Assembly: GCF_963921235.1 (NCBI RefSeq)
Contig: NC_086097.1
Location: 89,778,001 to 89,842,000 of the forward strand
From: Mobula hypostoma
Taxonomy: Eukaryota
Length of the DNA: 64,000 nucleotides
Direction: 5' to 3'
Both the position numbers and the translations under genes were made by a program. Shown here one piece after another: positions 34,506-47,480 of this stretch; the stretch's first letter is position 1; each line of letters opens with the position of its first letter. The notes under the pieces were generated by a model. That model was not told the origin of the DNA. It saw nothing but the letters and a program-made list of their open reading frames with translations, and made no database searches.

Positions 34506-36289
34506 GAAGTAACAAATGAGAGGAAAACAGAAAGGGAGATGGATGTGAGAGCGAGTTTGGGAAAGCGTGAAGAAAGAAGAGATGGAGAAAGATGAGATGG
34601 AATTAGGATAGAGTGGAGGGGGTGGAGAAGGGAAACACAGGGGCTTCCCCACCGATAACAGGTCTCCCCTGGAAACCGGAGCTGTGCGTCATTTTTTGAC
34701 ATCTGACATTTTCTCCATTATACCATCATTTAGCTCATCTCTTCTGGTCGCCAGTTTATTGTTCTCCCTCTTGTTAACAATGGGGTCATAGTTTGATAAT
34801 CCCCAGCTAAACTAGAATCCCTAGCACTGAGGTGTCAAGACTCAAGGGAGAATTGAGAGGCTGAAACTATCACACTGCCAGCTGGGTCATGACAAACCCA
34901 GCCAGTCACAGTGGGACCTGCTTAATTTTGTTGCTTATGAAATCAACAGCATGCATAAGTAGGCAGTTCACATGAGAAACAGAAACACTATTATTCTTAT
35001 AAACATATCCACTTAATATTGTTATTCAGCCAGATATTGAAAACTCACAGGTCCTAGAAATTCAATCCTTTTGGAGGAAGTGTGAGGATTGAGACAGTCA
35101 GCAGCATGATTGACCTTTCTTACCACATAATCTTCAGCCTTACTATCCGTTCCAGATATCAGCAGGAGATTTTAGTTTGGATGTGCGATCACATGCGGGG
35201 ACAGAGATGAAATGCCCTGCAAGAACGCAGTTCACTGGTGGATTCCAGTACACCAATTAAACAGACAACCAATAAAATGGCCTCAATAATTCTGATGATC
35301 AAGTATAATTATTTGCACAGAATAAATCCTAAATAAAGTAACTTTAGATCATGGGCCATATGGTGTAATGTCTTTGCCTTCTCTCCTAGCTCAATGCTGA
35401 AGGTATTCCTGCCCCCAGGAAACCCCATGACCTCAATGACAATCATCCACTGTGAAGATGACCCTGAATCTTCAGTAACTGATAGAAACTGCCAGTCTTC
35501 AGAAACTTAGCTACAAACTTTGGATCATCCAAACCCAAGACTATGCAAGTGCATAAATCAGATCTAGTAACATGAGCTAAAGACTCTAATTAGTCTGTGT
35601 CTGTTCAAAGTTGGGGCATAGTGCACAAGCTAATTGGACTCAACGAGTCTCTCAGGGGTGTACGCCTGTAAATTTCCTAGCAAGTTATTTCAAGACTCTG
35701 GCACCTTTAAAGGAAGAAGTCCCTTGGTTTTTCCCAATTCTATTCTTAAGTTTTTCAACAGCAACAACTAAGACAGAGAGCTATAAAAGTGTTTAACATT
35801 AAGTCCCATGAGGATTGGCTTCAGTGTTACATTCTACATCATCTTTATCAGTGTGAAGGTATGTAGGGGTTGGGGAGTAAGAATTATACACAGGTTTCAG
35901 GTGGATACAGATCTGTGCATGTTAGCATCTTAGATGTGAAAAATAACTACTGGCAGATCTGAATGTGACTGGGGAATGGGTCTCATAGTTAACACTGATA
36001 AATGTGGTGCTAGCCGTGTGGATACAAGGAAGGCTGTGCAGCAATACACTACAATAATTTCAAGTTGTTTTCAACCAGTGTCTCAAAATACTGAAAAAGA
36101 AGTTAAGGGTGTTCAGGAAGAAAAAGAAAGTAAAAATACTTTTACTATAGTGTAATTGTATAAGCTTTGATTATCTAAAGTATTGCATCCAGATTTGGTT
36201 TCCATATAGAGCTAGAGGGTGATTTAGAAAGTCTGCATTTTCATGTGAACCATGATTAACACAGTGTGCTTGGCAGCTTTTATTTTAAC

Positions 36290-36540
36290 TATAAGGAGTG
36301 ACCTGATAGGGCTAAATAAGATTACAAGAGGCATAGATAATATAAGTAGTCAAAATTCTCTTCCCATGGTAGGGGTATCAAAAATAAGAGGGCATAATTT
36401 TAAGATAAGAGGTAGAAAATTTGCAGGGGACCTTAGGGGAAGGGTATTTTTTTATATCTGATATCTGGAATGCACTGCCGGGGGAGTCAATATAACCACT
36501 ATATTTAAGAGGCATTTAAGTAAGAAAGGCTTAGAAGAAA
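36290..36540 (+). mobile_element. CR1 3' fragment (3' UTR remainder ~37030-37140)
   Basis: RSDLI...KI.RGID, RGHNFKIRG.KF.GD.RG. Confidence 0.75.
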
Positions 36541-36599
36541 ATGCCACTGTTGTCTATGGAAAGGAATCATCAGCTGATGTTTATTAAAACATTGTCTAT

Positions 36600-36720
36600 T
36601 TATTCAAAGGTTGACTGTTTATTCAACTCCACAGAAGCTGCGTGACTTGCTAAGCTCCTCTAGCATTTTGCGCGTGTTACTCTGGATTTCCAGCATCTGT
36701 GGAATCTCTTGCTTGTGTTT
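36600..36720 (+). mobile_element. PLE 3' terminal fragment
   Basis: gttgactgtttattc...gctcctctagcattttg...ggatttccagcatctg. Confidence 0.7.
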
Positions 36721-36726
36721 ATATTG

Positions 36727-37010
36727 GGGTGGTGTGGTAGCATAGTAGTTAGCGCAATGCTTTTACAGTACTGCTGGGCAGGGTTCAATTCCCACCACTG
36801 CCCGTAAGGAGTTTCTACTTTCTCCCCATGACTGCATGGGTTTCCTCCAGGTGCTCTGGTTTCCTCCCACAGTCCAAAGACATAACGGTTGGTAGGTTAA
36901 TTGGTCATTGTAAATTGTCCCGTGATTAGGCTACGGTTAAATTGGGGGATTACAAGGTGGTGCAGCTGAAAGTGCCAGAAGGGCCTATTCAATACTGTAT
37001 GCCAATAAAA
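36727..37010 (+). mobile_element. V-SINE/HE1-like SINE
   Basis: A box tagcatagtagt, B box gggttcaattccc, V-domain gggtttcctccaggtgctctggtttcctcccacagtccaaagac, CR1-like tail gaagggcct. Confidence 0.85.
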
Positions 37011-37944
37011 TGAAATAACATAAATATATATAGACCTAATGTGGGTTAATGGGGCATGTAGATGGGCAAAACTGATAGGAATGGACAAGATGGGCTGAAG
37101 GGCCCGCTTCTGAGCTCTACACCCTATGAATAATTCTACTGTAAATTGAGGAAAGTGTGAAATGCTGATTTTATTGAGGTCTTTAGAAGGATTAGATTCT
37201 GTCAGTGTGAACAAGTTACTTGAGCTAGATGGGATTCAAACGTCAGGAAATTTGAGTTACAACCCCAGCAGGAACCAATTCAGGCTACTGAGAATGCATT
37301 GGTGAGCTACAGAGCTAGCCTACCTAATCCCATTTTCCAAAAGTACACAAAAACTTTTAAAATGTGACAAACACTTTTGTCTTTCCCACATTTTTGGGGT
37401 AGTGAATTCGAGACACATACCATCCTCCAGTCAAAGAAGTTTTCTTTCACTGCCCTTACAACTCTCCTTGTGCAGTAGGATCCTGGATTTCCTCACTTGT
37501 CGACTCCAGCAAGTTCGGATTGGCAACTACATCCCCTCTACGATCTCCATCAGCACAGGCGCACCACAGGCCAATGATTAATCCCCTTGCTCTATTTGCT
37601 TTACACCGAGGAACTGTGAGGATAAGTACAGGACCAATGCTGTATTCAAGTTTGTTGATGATACCACTGTCATAGACTGAATCAAAGGTGGTGACAAATC
37701 AACATATAGGAGGGAGATTGAAAATCTAGCTGAGTGGTACCAAAACAATACCCTCTTACTCAATGTCAGTAAGACCAAGGAGGTGATTATTGAATTCAGG
37801 AGGAGGAAACCCGAGGTCCTTGAGCCAGTCTTCACTGGCAGATCAGAAATTGAGAGGGTCAGCAACTTTAAATTCCTCAGTGTTATTATTTCGGAGAACC
37901 AGTCCTGGGCCCAGCTTGTAGGTGCAATTTTTAACAAAGCACAG

Positions 37945-38253
37945 CAGCCGTCTGGCTGGCAACGACATCGGTGCCAGACCCAGGAGCGGAGGTGCCCAGG
38001 TTCGAAACCAGTCAGGTCCGCTCCAGAGTACGCTTTCCATCCGTGCCGGGTTGAGGGTTGAGATCGCAACTCGACCTCGTAAAATAAAGGGAAAAACATT
38101 GCAAAAATGTCTGTGTGGGGAGTGGCGCACCACAGTCTCTCTCTCTCGCTCCGCGCCTTGTAAAAGCCATGAAAAAGACATCATCACGGACACACATGCA
38201 GATGCACACGCGCAGACTCGCACACACGCAGGCACACGCCAAAAAAAAGAAAG
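37945..38253 (+). mobile_element. tRNA-derived poly(A)-tailed SINE with 9-bp TSD
   Basis: B box GGTTCGAAACC; core acgctttccatccgtgcc shared with 20634-20920; TSD AAAGCACAG at 37936-37944 and 38254-38262. Confidence 0.85.
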
Positions 38254-38298
38254 AAAGCACAGAGGCACCTCTGCTTCTTTAAGCATCTGTGCAGATTC

Positions 38299-40195
38299 CC
38301 CGGAACATCTGGACAGCAAAGATGCATACATCAGGATGCTCTTTATCGACCTCAGCTCAGCATTTAATACCATCATCCCCTCAAAACTAATCAGTAAACT
38401 CCAAGACCTGGGCCTTGATAACCCCTTGTGCAATTGGATCCTGGATTTCCTCAACTTGCAGACCCCAGTCAGCTTGGATTGGTAAGGACATCTGCCCCGC
38501 AATCTCCATAAGCACAGGTGCACCAGAAGGCCATGTGCTTAAACCCTGCTCTACTCGCTTTACACCTACGACTGTGTGGCTAAATACAGCTCCAACATGA
38601 TATACAAGTTTGCTGATGACACCACTGTTGTGGACCATATCAAAGGTGGTGATAAATCAGCAGTCAGGAGGGAGACTGAAAATTTGGCCGAGTGGTGTCA
38701 TAACAGCAACCTCTCAATCAATGTCAGTAAGACCAAGGAACTGATTGTAGACTTCAAGAGAGGGAAAGCAGAGGTCCATGAGCCAGTAATCATCAGAGGA
38801 TTAGAAGTGGAGAGGGTCAGTAACTTTAGATTCCTGTGTGTCACTATCTCTGGACCCATCATATAAATGAAAGCACTCAGGAGTCTGTGGAGATTCAGTA
38901 TGTCATCAAAAACTTTGACAAACTTCTATAGGTCTGCTGTGAAAAGTATACTGACTGGCTGCATTATGGCCTAATATGGGAACACCAATGCCTTTGAGTG
39001 GAAAATCCTACAAAAGGTAGTGGATTTGGCCCAGTACATTAGAGGTAAAACCCTCCCAGCCACTGAGTACATCTAATGAAACGCTGTTGTAGGAAAGCAG
39101 CATCAATCATCAAAGATCCTCACCACCCAGGCCATGCTTTTTGCTCTCTGCTGCCAGCAGGTAGAAGGTACAAGAGCCTCAGGACCCTCACCATCAGGTT
39201 CAAGAACAGTTACTACCCCTCAACCATCAGGCTCTTTAACAAAACAGGAGAACTACACTCATCTATTGAGATGTTCCTACAACCAATGATATTCCGGGAA
39301 TGAGAGGGTTAACATATGAGGAACGCTTGTCCGCTCTTGGATTGTATTCCTTGGAGTTTAGAAGTATGAGGGGGGACCTCATAGAAACATTTCGAATGTT
39401 AAAAGGCATGGACAGAGTGGATGTGGCAAAATTGTTTCCTATGATGGGGGAGTCTAGTACGAGAGGGCATGACTTAAGGATTGAAGGGCGTCCATTCAGA
39501 ACAGAGATGCGAAGAAATTTTTTTAGCCAGAGGGTGGTGAATCTATGGAATTTGTTGCCACGGTCGGCAGTGGAGGCCAAGTCATCGGGTATATTTAAGG
39601 CAGAGATTGATAGGTATCTGAGTAGCCAGGGCATCAAAGGTTATGGTGAGAAGGCGGGGGAGTGGAACTAAATGGGAGAATGGATCAGCTCATGATAAAA
39701 TGGCGGAGCAGACTCGATGGGCCAAATGGCTGACTTCTGCTCCTTTGTCTTATGGTCTTATGGTCTTATATCACTTTAAGGACTCTTTATCTTGTTATTT
39801 CATGTTCTCATTATTTATTGCTTTTTATTTATAGAACCATAGAACCATAGAACATTACAGCACAGAAAGAGGCCTTTTGGCCCCTCTTGGCTGTGCCGAA
39901 CCATTTTTCTGCCTAGTCCCACTGACCTGCACCTGGACCATATCCCTCCATACCCTCTCATCCATGTACCTGTCCAAGTATTATTTTTTAATTTATTTTT
40001 ATTATATTATATATTTATTATATTTGCATTTACAAAGTTTGATGTCTTCTATGCTCTTGCCCTTTCATTGATCCTGTTTACAGTTACAGATCTACAGATT
40101 TGCTGAGTATGCCCACAGGAAAAAGGATCTCAGGATTATATGTGGTGTCATGCATGTACTCCGCTAATAAATTTTACTTTGATCTTTGAACTTTG
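38299..40195 (+). mobile_element. Inner Rex1/Babar copy (RT to 3' tail)
   Basis: [49 protein letters not shown]; tail aataaattttactttgatctttgaactttg; 6-bp TSD AGATTC. Confidence 0.9.
39291..39768 (+). mobile_element. CR1 3' fragment inside Rex
   Basis: ORF 39300-39671 [27 protein letters not shown]; (TCTTATGG)n tail. A further minus-strand CR1 tail lies at 39831-39978. Confidence 0.92.
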
Positions 40196-40918
40196 AGATT
40201 CAGCATGGCATCTAAAACTTTGACAAACTTCTATAGATGAGTAGCGTAAAGTGCACTGACTGGCTGCATCACGGCCTGGTGTGGAAACACCAATGCCTTT
40301 GAGTGGAAAGTCCAACAAAAGGTACTGGATTTGGCCCAGTACGTCACGGGTAAAACACTCCCAACCACTGAATACATCTACATGAAATGTTATCATGGGA
40401 AAGCAGCATCCTTCATCATTGCCATCTCCCAGGTCATGCTCTCTTCTCGCTGCTGCCATCAGGTAGAAGATACAAGAACTTAGGACTCACACCACCAGGT
40501 TCAGGAAGAGTTACTACCCCTCAACCATCAGGCTTTTGAATCAAATGGGATAACTACACTCAAATTCACTTACCCCATCAACGATAGGTTCCCACAACCA
40601 ATGGTCTCACTTGAAGTACTCTTTATCTCAATATGTCATGTTCTGATTGTGTATTGCTACTTATTTATATTTGCATTTACACAGTTGGTTGTCTTCTGCA
40701 CTCTGGTTGATTTTTCACTGATCCTGTTATAGTTACTATTCTATAGATTTGCTGTTTGTCCAGTGGAAAATTAATCTCAGAGTTCTATATGGTGAAAATG
40801 GAATCAGAATCAGAATCAGGTTCAATATCACTGGTAAATGTCATAACATTTGTTAACTTACATGTCATATACGTACTTTGATAATAAAATTTACTTTGAA
40901 CGTTAACACCATTATTTT

Positions 40919-41143
40919 TGTAGTATATTTAATATTTCAGTAATATTTCAAATATATTATTTGATTAATTATTCTTTGTTTACATAATTCATTACGGGTT
41001 ATATGTAGGAAGTACATGAATGGCATACATTATTACACCACCATGTCGTATGTTGGCACCTTATTAAAGAAAAACTAGGTAGACCAGTTCATCTTGTGTC
41101 CTGTTTTTCTTTTCATTAGTTTTGGGAGTTACAAAACATAACA
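40919..41143. mobile_element. Short solo LTR (225 bp)
   Basis: TG...CA ends with imperfect inverted termini (TGTAGTATATTT / AAAACATAACA) and 5-bp TSD ATTTT (40914-40918, 41144-41148). Confidence 0.7.
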
Positions 41144-41149
41144 ATTTTA

Positions 41150-41660
41150 AATCGACAGCCCTTGGTTTCTGACCCCTCCGTCCAGTGGAATTGTATATAC
41201 TTAGGTGCTTCAAGATACATGACCATTGTCTCCCCCTCATTCTCTTCTGTTTCAAAGGAAACAACATCGGTGCCTTCAACCTTTCCAGTTCTGGCAACAT
41301 AATGTCCCTCTGAACTCGTTCCAGTCCAGTTGTATCTTTCCTGTAGTGTGGCCCAGAACTGTGCACATGATTCAAGCTGTGATTGAACTAGTGTGGCTTA
41401 AAGACCTAGAATAACACTATGCTCTTGTATTCAATGCCTGTTAATAAATGAAAATACCCAATATGCCTTTTTATCTATTGACCAGTCCAGTTGGCTTTCA
41501 GGATCTGTAGACACATAGTTTAAGATTGTCTGTTCCTGTACACCACTCAGCTTCCTCCAATTTATTGTACATTCCCTTGCCTTGTTCCAACTTTCCCAGA
41601 TACATTACCTTACGCCTCTCTGGGTTAAGTTACATTTATCATTTTTTCTGCTCAGTTGGA
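41150..41660 (-). mobile_element. Degraded CR1 fragment
   Basis: Reverse strand H.SGPHYRKD...LERVQR. Confidence 0.7.
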
Positions 41661-42984
41661 TAGACCATTTATATTTTGATATACAGTTGCATTAATAGAC
41701 TGCAGATTAATGGATAAATACAATTTTGTTAACATATAAGGCAAGCCAGCAGTGAACTTGGACACAGGCATGTAATGCTTAATTTAGGAACAATGGGAAT
41801 TCAGTCAGCACCTTGTGCAGCTCCTCGTACTATGATGATAGACTAGTCCTTGGTCGGGACACTAGCCAGACCAGTCATAACACTGGTTACTTTTGCGTGC
41901 TTAAACTCCCAGACATTGTGCTTTGTTGGGTCTGATTCCAAGTACTTCCCACCATTATACAGTCCCTTGGAAGGTTTTATTCCCAGGCGAAGTCAAAGTC
42001 GAGTATATTGCTGTTTGATCAAGTATGTACAGGTGTAATGAAAACCTTACTTCAGCGGTATCACAAGCACATAGCCTCTGATACACAGCATTCACAAGAC
42101 AAACATAAATTATACACATTTTTGCAAGGAAAAACACAATTAAAGCAAAAGAAATGTCATTGTGCCTATGTGTGCAGCTCAGAAATATTACTCTGTTAAG
42201 GATGCACTTTGATGGAATAACTTTAATTTGATAACAGACATGGGATTTTGTCAATTAACGTGTGCAATCACCTCCCATGTTTTTGGAGTGGGTGAGAAGG
42301 TGAGCAGACAATCTCTTTCTAAGACTTCAACAGGGTGAGAAGAACAAGATAAGTTAAAAATCTCCTTCTGTGTCTTTGTATCTGGGGGAGAAGATGGACA
42401 ATCTCCTTCTGCTCAGAACAACGTCACCCATCATCCCTGCCTGTGGTCATTGTGGCTTAAGCACTAAGCAAATTAGAGAAGGCTTCACACCAAGACCTTG
42501 AGCTCAAAATTCTCTTGCTGGCTTTAAGATCTCTCTGGGACATCACCTCTACACGCTCCTCCAACCTTTACACTCTTCCAGTATTGGCCTTAGAATCTCA
42601 TCCATGGAATTCCTTCCTAAAATCTGCTATATAGTTCAAACGCTCCTCTTTCTGAAATATTCCTTAATTGTTAGCCTTGTTATCACTGTTTCATCATTTT
42701 CAACTTGGTGTGAAGCTTTCTCTAATTTGCTTCGTGCTTAAGGATGGCTTTTTATGTTAAAGCTCCTTAAGCCATTGCTTTCACTACCTCTGTAACTAGG
42801 CAAAAGGATGCATGGTAAATATTGAAACTGATTTTTCCTAGGAACATACAGTGAAATGGATATACCTCAACCCAAAATCACTTGGCTGGAGAGGCCAATT
42901 TTATTCTTGCCAAATTTATTGAAGATACAAAGATTGATAAATTAGCATACTGTGAGGAGGTCAAAAAGAGCGTGTAAAGGGATA

Positions 42985-43575
42985 GAAAAACATTCTACTT
43001 CTTCAGAAGGCTAAAGAAATTCAGCATTTCCCTTTTGACCCTCAGCAATTTTTATCAATGCATTATTAAAAAGCATTCTGTCTGGATTCATATGGCAACT
43101 GCTTAAGAAACGCCAGAGAGCTGTGAACACAGCTCAGCACATCACAGAAACCAGCCTCCCTCCATGGACTCCACCTACACTTCTTCCTGCCTCAGTAAGA
43201 CTAAAAAAACCACACCCACCCCAAATATTCTCTCTTCTGCCCCTCTCCCATCAAGCAGAAGGTATAAAAACCTGAAAGCACATACCATTAGGCTCAAGGA
43301 TAGCTTCCATCTCGTTCTTGTAAGACTTTTGAATAGTCCCCTAGTACAATAAGATGGACACAACCTCACAATCTATCTTTCAATGGCCTTTCACTTCACT
43401 GTCTATCAGCACTGCATTTTCTCTGTAACTGTATTATTTTATTTTGCGCTCTTTTGTTTTCCCTTGTACTTCCTCAATGTACTGATGTGATGAGATGATC
43501 CGTATGAATAGCATGCAAAACAATGTTCTTCACTGCACCTCAATATATAGAATATGACAATAATAAATCAATTTA
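42985..43575 (+). mobile_element. Rex1/Babar 3' fragment inside a degraded CR1 (~42890-43880)
   Basis: YFFRRLKKF, LPSSRRYKNLKAHT.RLKDSF; tail aataataaatcaatt. Confidence 0.8.
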
Positions 43576-43879
43576 CCAAATTTGGCAATTTAAATGAGTG
43601 GGCAAGGACTTGGCAGGTGGTGCCTATAGTAGGAAGTTGTGAGACCTCGTCTTTGGATGAAAGAATGAAAGAACAAATTATTGTTTAAATGGGAGGAGAC
43701 TAGAACATATTGTGGTATAAAGAGACCTGGGAAACCAAAAGCATGAAACACAAAGAGTTGGGATGTAGGTGCAGCATGTTATTGAACATGTTGGCCTTCT
43801 TTGTAGAAGGTACACAATATGAAAACAAGGAAGTTATAGGGCACCAGCCAGTCCATGCTTGGAGAATATAGATTGCAGA

Positions 43880-44300
43880 TTTAAAGGTTTCAAACGTACA
43901 TTTAATGTCAAAGAATTGTATACAATATACATCCCGAAATGTTTTTTCTTCACAATCATCCACGAAAACAGAGGAGTGCCCCAAAGAATGAATGACTGTT
44001 AAATGTTAGAACCCCAAAGTCACCCCCCAGCTCCCCTCCCTCCCGCGCGTAAGCAGCAGCAAAGCAACAATCCCCCCTCCACCCACCATCAAAAAAAGGC
44101 ATCAGTACCCACCCCCGAGCACTCAAGCGTGCAGCAAAGCAACAGCAAAGACACAGACTTGCTGTCAGAATCAGAATCAGGTTTATTATCACCGGCATGG
44201 GACATGAAAATTATACTCCAAACACTTCTCGTTCACCTGGTATTTGACATACCACAGCTCTCTCTCTCTCCCCCTAATGAGGGAGAAAGAGGTGTCTCCA
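43880..44300 (-). mobile_element. Non-coding non-LTR 3' fragment of uncertain family
   Basis: Reverse tail aaaggtttcaaacgtacatttaat; interrupts CR1 sequence that resumes at ~44300. Confidence 0.5.
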
Positions 44301-44429
44301 TCTTAATCTTCATATTTAAGGAAAGATATCTTTGCTTTGGAGGTGTTCAAAGAAGATCCTCTAAATTGATTCCTGGAAGGAAGAATTTGATGTATGAAAA
44401 GACGGTGAGTAGATTGGGCTTGTACTCAT

Positions 44430-44670
44430 TGCCAGCACCTGTGGAGAGCGATAAATGTTACATTGGGATGAACTTACACTAAACTGGAATGGCTGGGTAT
44501 CTGACATTGGCAAAATCAATGTTAACACATTCTAGTTCTGATGTATGGTCATTAACTCTAAAAATATTGATTCTCTTTCTTCCAGCATAGCTGTCGCCTA
44601 GATGCTGGGCACCTCCAGCATGATTTGTTTTTAGTTTGTATTTCCAGCACTGCAGCGTTTTGCTCTCCAT
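44430..44670. mobile_element. Inverted pair of degraded PLE termini
   Basis: gccagcacctgtggagag (reverse) and agttctgatgtatggtc...cctccagcatg...ttccagcactgcagc (forward). Confidence 0.55.
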
Positions 44671-45336
44671 CTAATTTACTTTCTACAAACTCAGTTGTCA
44701 CATCTTACACCAGTGATGGAAGTATTACTTAATCTCTGTGGGTCAGGGGCGGTGGTAGAGAAAGATACATTCGGGGCATTTAACAAACTCTTAGATAAGC
44801 ACATGGATTATAGAAAAATAGAAGGCTATATAGGAGGGAAGATTTGAAATGATTTTAGAGTAGACTTAGAGGTCGGCACATTATGGGCCAATGGGCCAGT
44901 ACTGTGCTGTAATGTTCTATGTTCTATGTAGGAGTTCTCTGGGATTGCAAGTCATCATCTCCTCCCAAATGGTTATTACCCTAGCTCCGAATACACTCAA
45001 AAACCACAAATCAGCATCTGTTGAAAGGACAATTAATTAATTCTAGGTGTTTGCATCTCTTCCCTGAGGTGTCTGTTCCAGACAGTCATCACTTGATCAC
45101 TTATTCCTTGTCCACTTCCATCTCAGGTCCTGTATGTTGGTTCTCCTGTTCTGGATAAGCTGAGAGTTTGCCTTGAACAAAATTCTTTCAAAGCCTAAAA
45201 ATCAAGTATAGGCCTTCGCTTTTCCAGAACGAACCTGCTGTTTAAAGTTAGTGCAGAATAATATGAAGACATATGGAGGATATTCCCCCATTTCCTCCAT
45301 TTCCCTTTCATATAATTCTACACTATCTCAGAATCC

Positions 45337-46930
45337 ATCATCATCATCATCAGGTGCCATGCCCAGTTTGAGCTTTGACTGCCATGGCCCACACACTCCT
45401 GTTTCAGGTCAAGTGGATCAATTCATTGGTATTCATTTCCAGTTCTCTGGCTGCTGTCTCCATCATCATTTGTCTTTGTCTTCCTCTTGCTTTCTTCCCT
45501 TCAATCTTTCCCATAATTACCATGCATTCTATCTCCTCCTTCCTAGTCACAAGTCCAATGAAGTTACGTTGCCTTTTCATGATCTCATACTTTATTTCTC
45601 TTATTGTGCTTGCTCTGTTCATGACATCCTCGTTAGATATTCATTTCGTCCATGATATTCTTTGCATCCTTCTCAAAAACCACATCTCTGCTGCTAAAAT
45701 TCGTTTCCTCATGTTGCTAGATATTGTCCAACATTCTGAGCCATATAACATAACAGTACTCTGAGGTGGGTTGTCATGCCTAGTTTAGTATTGGTCAGTA
45801 TACTTTTCATTCTCGTAAAGGTGTTTTTTGCCAACCCTATTCTTCTTTTGATGTCCAAAGTCGCACCTGCCGTCTAGTGTCACCCAGCTTCATAAGTAGC
45901 AAAAGCTCTGTACTTGTTTTATGTCTTCCTCGTTTATTCTCAGTCTGCAGATAAGATTCTCCTTCTTTCTGGATATCACCATACATTCTGTCATTTTGCA
46001 ATTGATAGATAGACCCATTTTTGCACTTTCTTCAACAATTAAATCAATTAAGTTTTGTAGTTCTTCCTCCATACTTGCAATTAACACAGTGTCATCTGCA
46101 TATCTAAAATTATTGATGTTTTCACTGCCAACTTTGATTCCCAAGATGTCTCTTATTTTTTGTAATATTGTTTCACTGTACACATTAAATAAATCAGGGG
46201 AGAAAACACACCCTTGTCTAACGCCTCTCTTGATTTTCGTAAACTGACTCACTTCTCCATCTATTCTTACAGCGGCAGTTTGTTCCCAGTACAGATTTCT
46301 GATTAGGCAGAGGTCTTTCGAATCTAGATCTAAAGTTTTCTGTAATATTTCAAATAACTTATTGTGCTTCACTTTATCAAATGCTTTTATGTAGTTGATA
46401 AAACAAACAAACAAATCGTTCTGATAGTATCCTTAACATCAATATTGTGTTTCTTGCACCTTTGTCTTTCACAAAACCACATTGTTCTTTACCTATTTCG
46501 GCTTATATCTTACTTTTCGCTTTTGTCATCAAAATTCCGAGAAGTATCTTGGTGATATGACTCATTAAACTAATGGTCTTATGTAATTCACATTCTATTG
46601 CTCCAGGTTTCTTAGGAAGAGTGAAAATACCGATTTTTTCATCTCTTCCAGTATTATTCCAGTTTCATAAATGTCATTGATTAAATCAGTAAGTTTTTCA
46701 ATTCCATAATCTTCAAGGGTGATAAATTGTTCTATTACTAATTCATCAGGACCTGTTGCCTTTCCTTTCTTCATCTTATTTATTGCATTACGAACTTCAG
46801 ATTTTAAAATACTTGGACCTTCAATGTTTTTCTTAATTTCTGGTTTTTCGCCTCGACCATCTTCAAACAATTCCTGAATATACTCAGTCCATCTGTTCAT
46901 AATCTCATCTTTTTCCATGATAATGGAATA
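45337..46930 (-). mobile_element. RTE-clade LINE, RT domain + 3' end
   Basis: KATGPDEL, CFI.Y.KAFDKV.H, IRNLYWEQTAAVR, RGVRQGCVFSP.LFN, RYADDTVL, GKIEGKKARGRQR; (TGA)n tail at 45337. Confidence 0.95.
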
Positions 46931-46944
46931 CCCCGTTTATTATC

Positions 46945-47480
46945 ACTGACACTTGTGTTAGCTTAGCCCACTGCTCTTCTCTGTCTACACTTATGATGTA
47001 TGACTAGGCAGAGCTCAAATGCCAACTAATTGTTATTGGGAGAACTATGGATGGTAATTAGTAGGCACGCAGGAAAGAGATAGGTCAACCTTGCACTCAG
47101 TGTCAGTTAGACCAAGGAATCAATTGTGGACATCAGGAAGGGGAAATTGGGAGAACACGCGCCAAAAGATCAGCGGTAGCATGGGCGAGTAGCTTCAAGC
47201 TCCTGGGTGTCAACACCTCTGTCAAAATGCTCTCTACCATACCTCTGTAGAAATTTGTAAGGGTCTTTGGTGACATACCAAATCTCCTCAAGCTCCTAAC
47301 AAAGCAAAACTGCTTGTGAGCCCAGGATAAATCCTCTGAGATGTGCTGGGCCCAGGAAAGTAAAGCTGACCTCTGAAAAAGGACTGGTGTGGGTTCTTCC
47401 AACTTCCCTTTCCTGAAGTCCGCAATCAATTTCTTGTGCCTAACTGATACCTATTACAAGATTGTTGTGACATCACTCAA
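46945..47480. mobile_element. Two Rex1/Babar fragments in opposite orientation (46945-47215 +, 47215-47480 -)
   Basis: LSPLLFS.YT.D and SFKLLGVN on +; RSLRRFGMSPKTLTNFYR..VESILT on -. Confidence 0.7.

Larger units (their letters stand above)
37465..40900 (+). mobile_element. Rex1/Babar element (37465-38298 + 40196-40900) containing a second copy of the same family
   Basis: WILDFLT, KF.DDT, LNVSKTKE..I.FRR; the outer copy breaks at AGATTC and resumes at AGATTC. Confidence 0.85.

Noticed and set aside
41804..41824. REST/RE1-like site GTCAGCACCTTGTGCAGCTCC
   Set aside because: The left half matches but the critical GGACAG half has two mismatches; compatible with chance in 64 kb.
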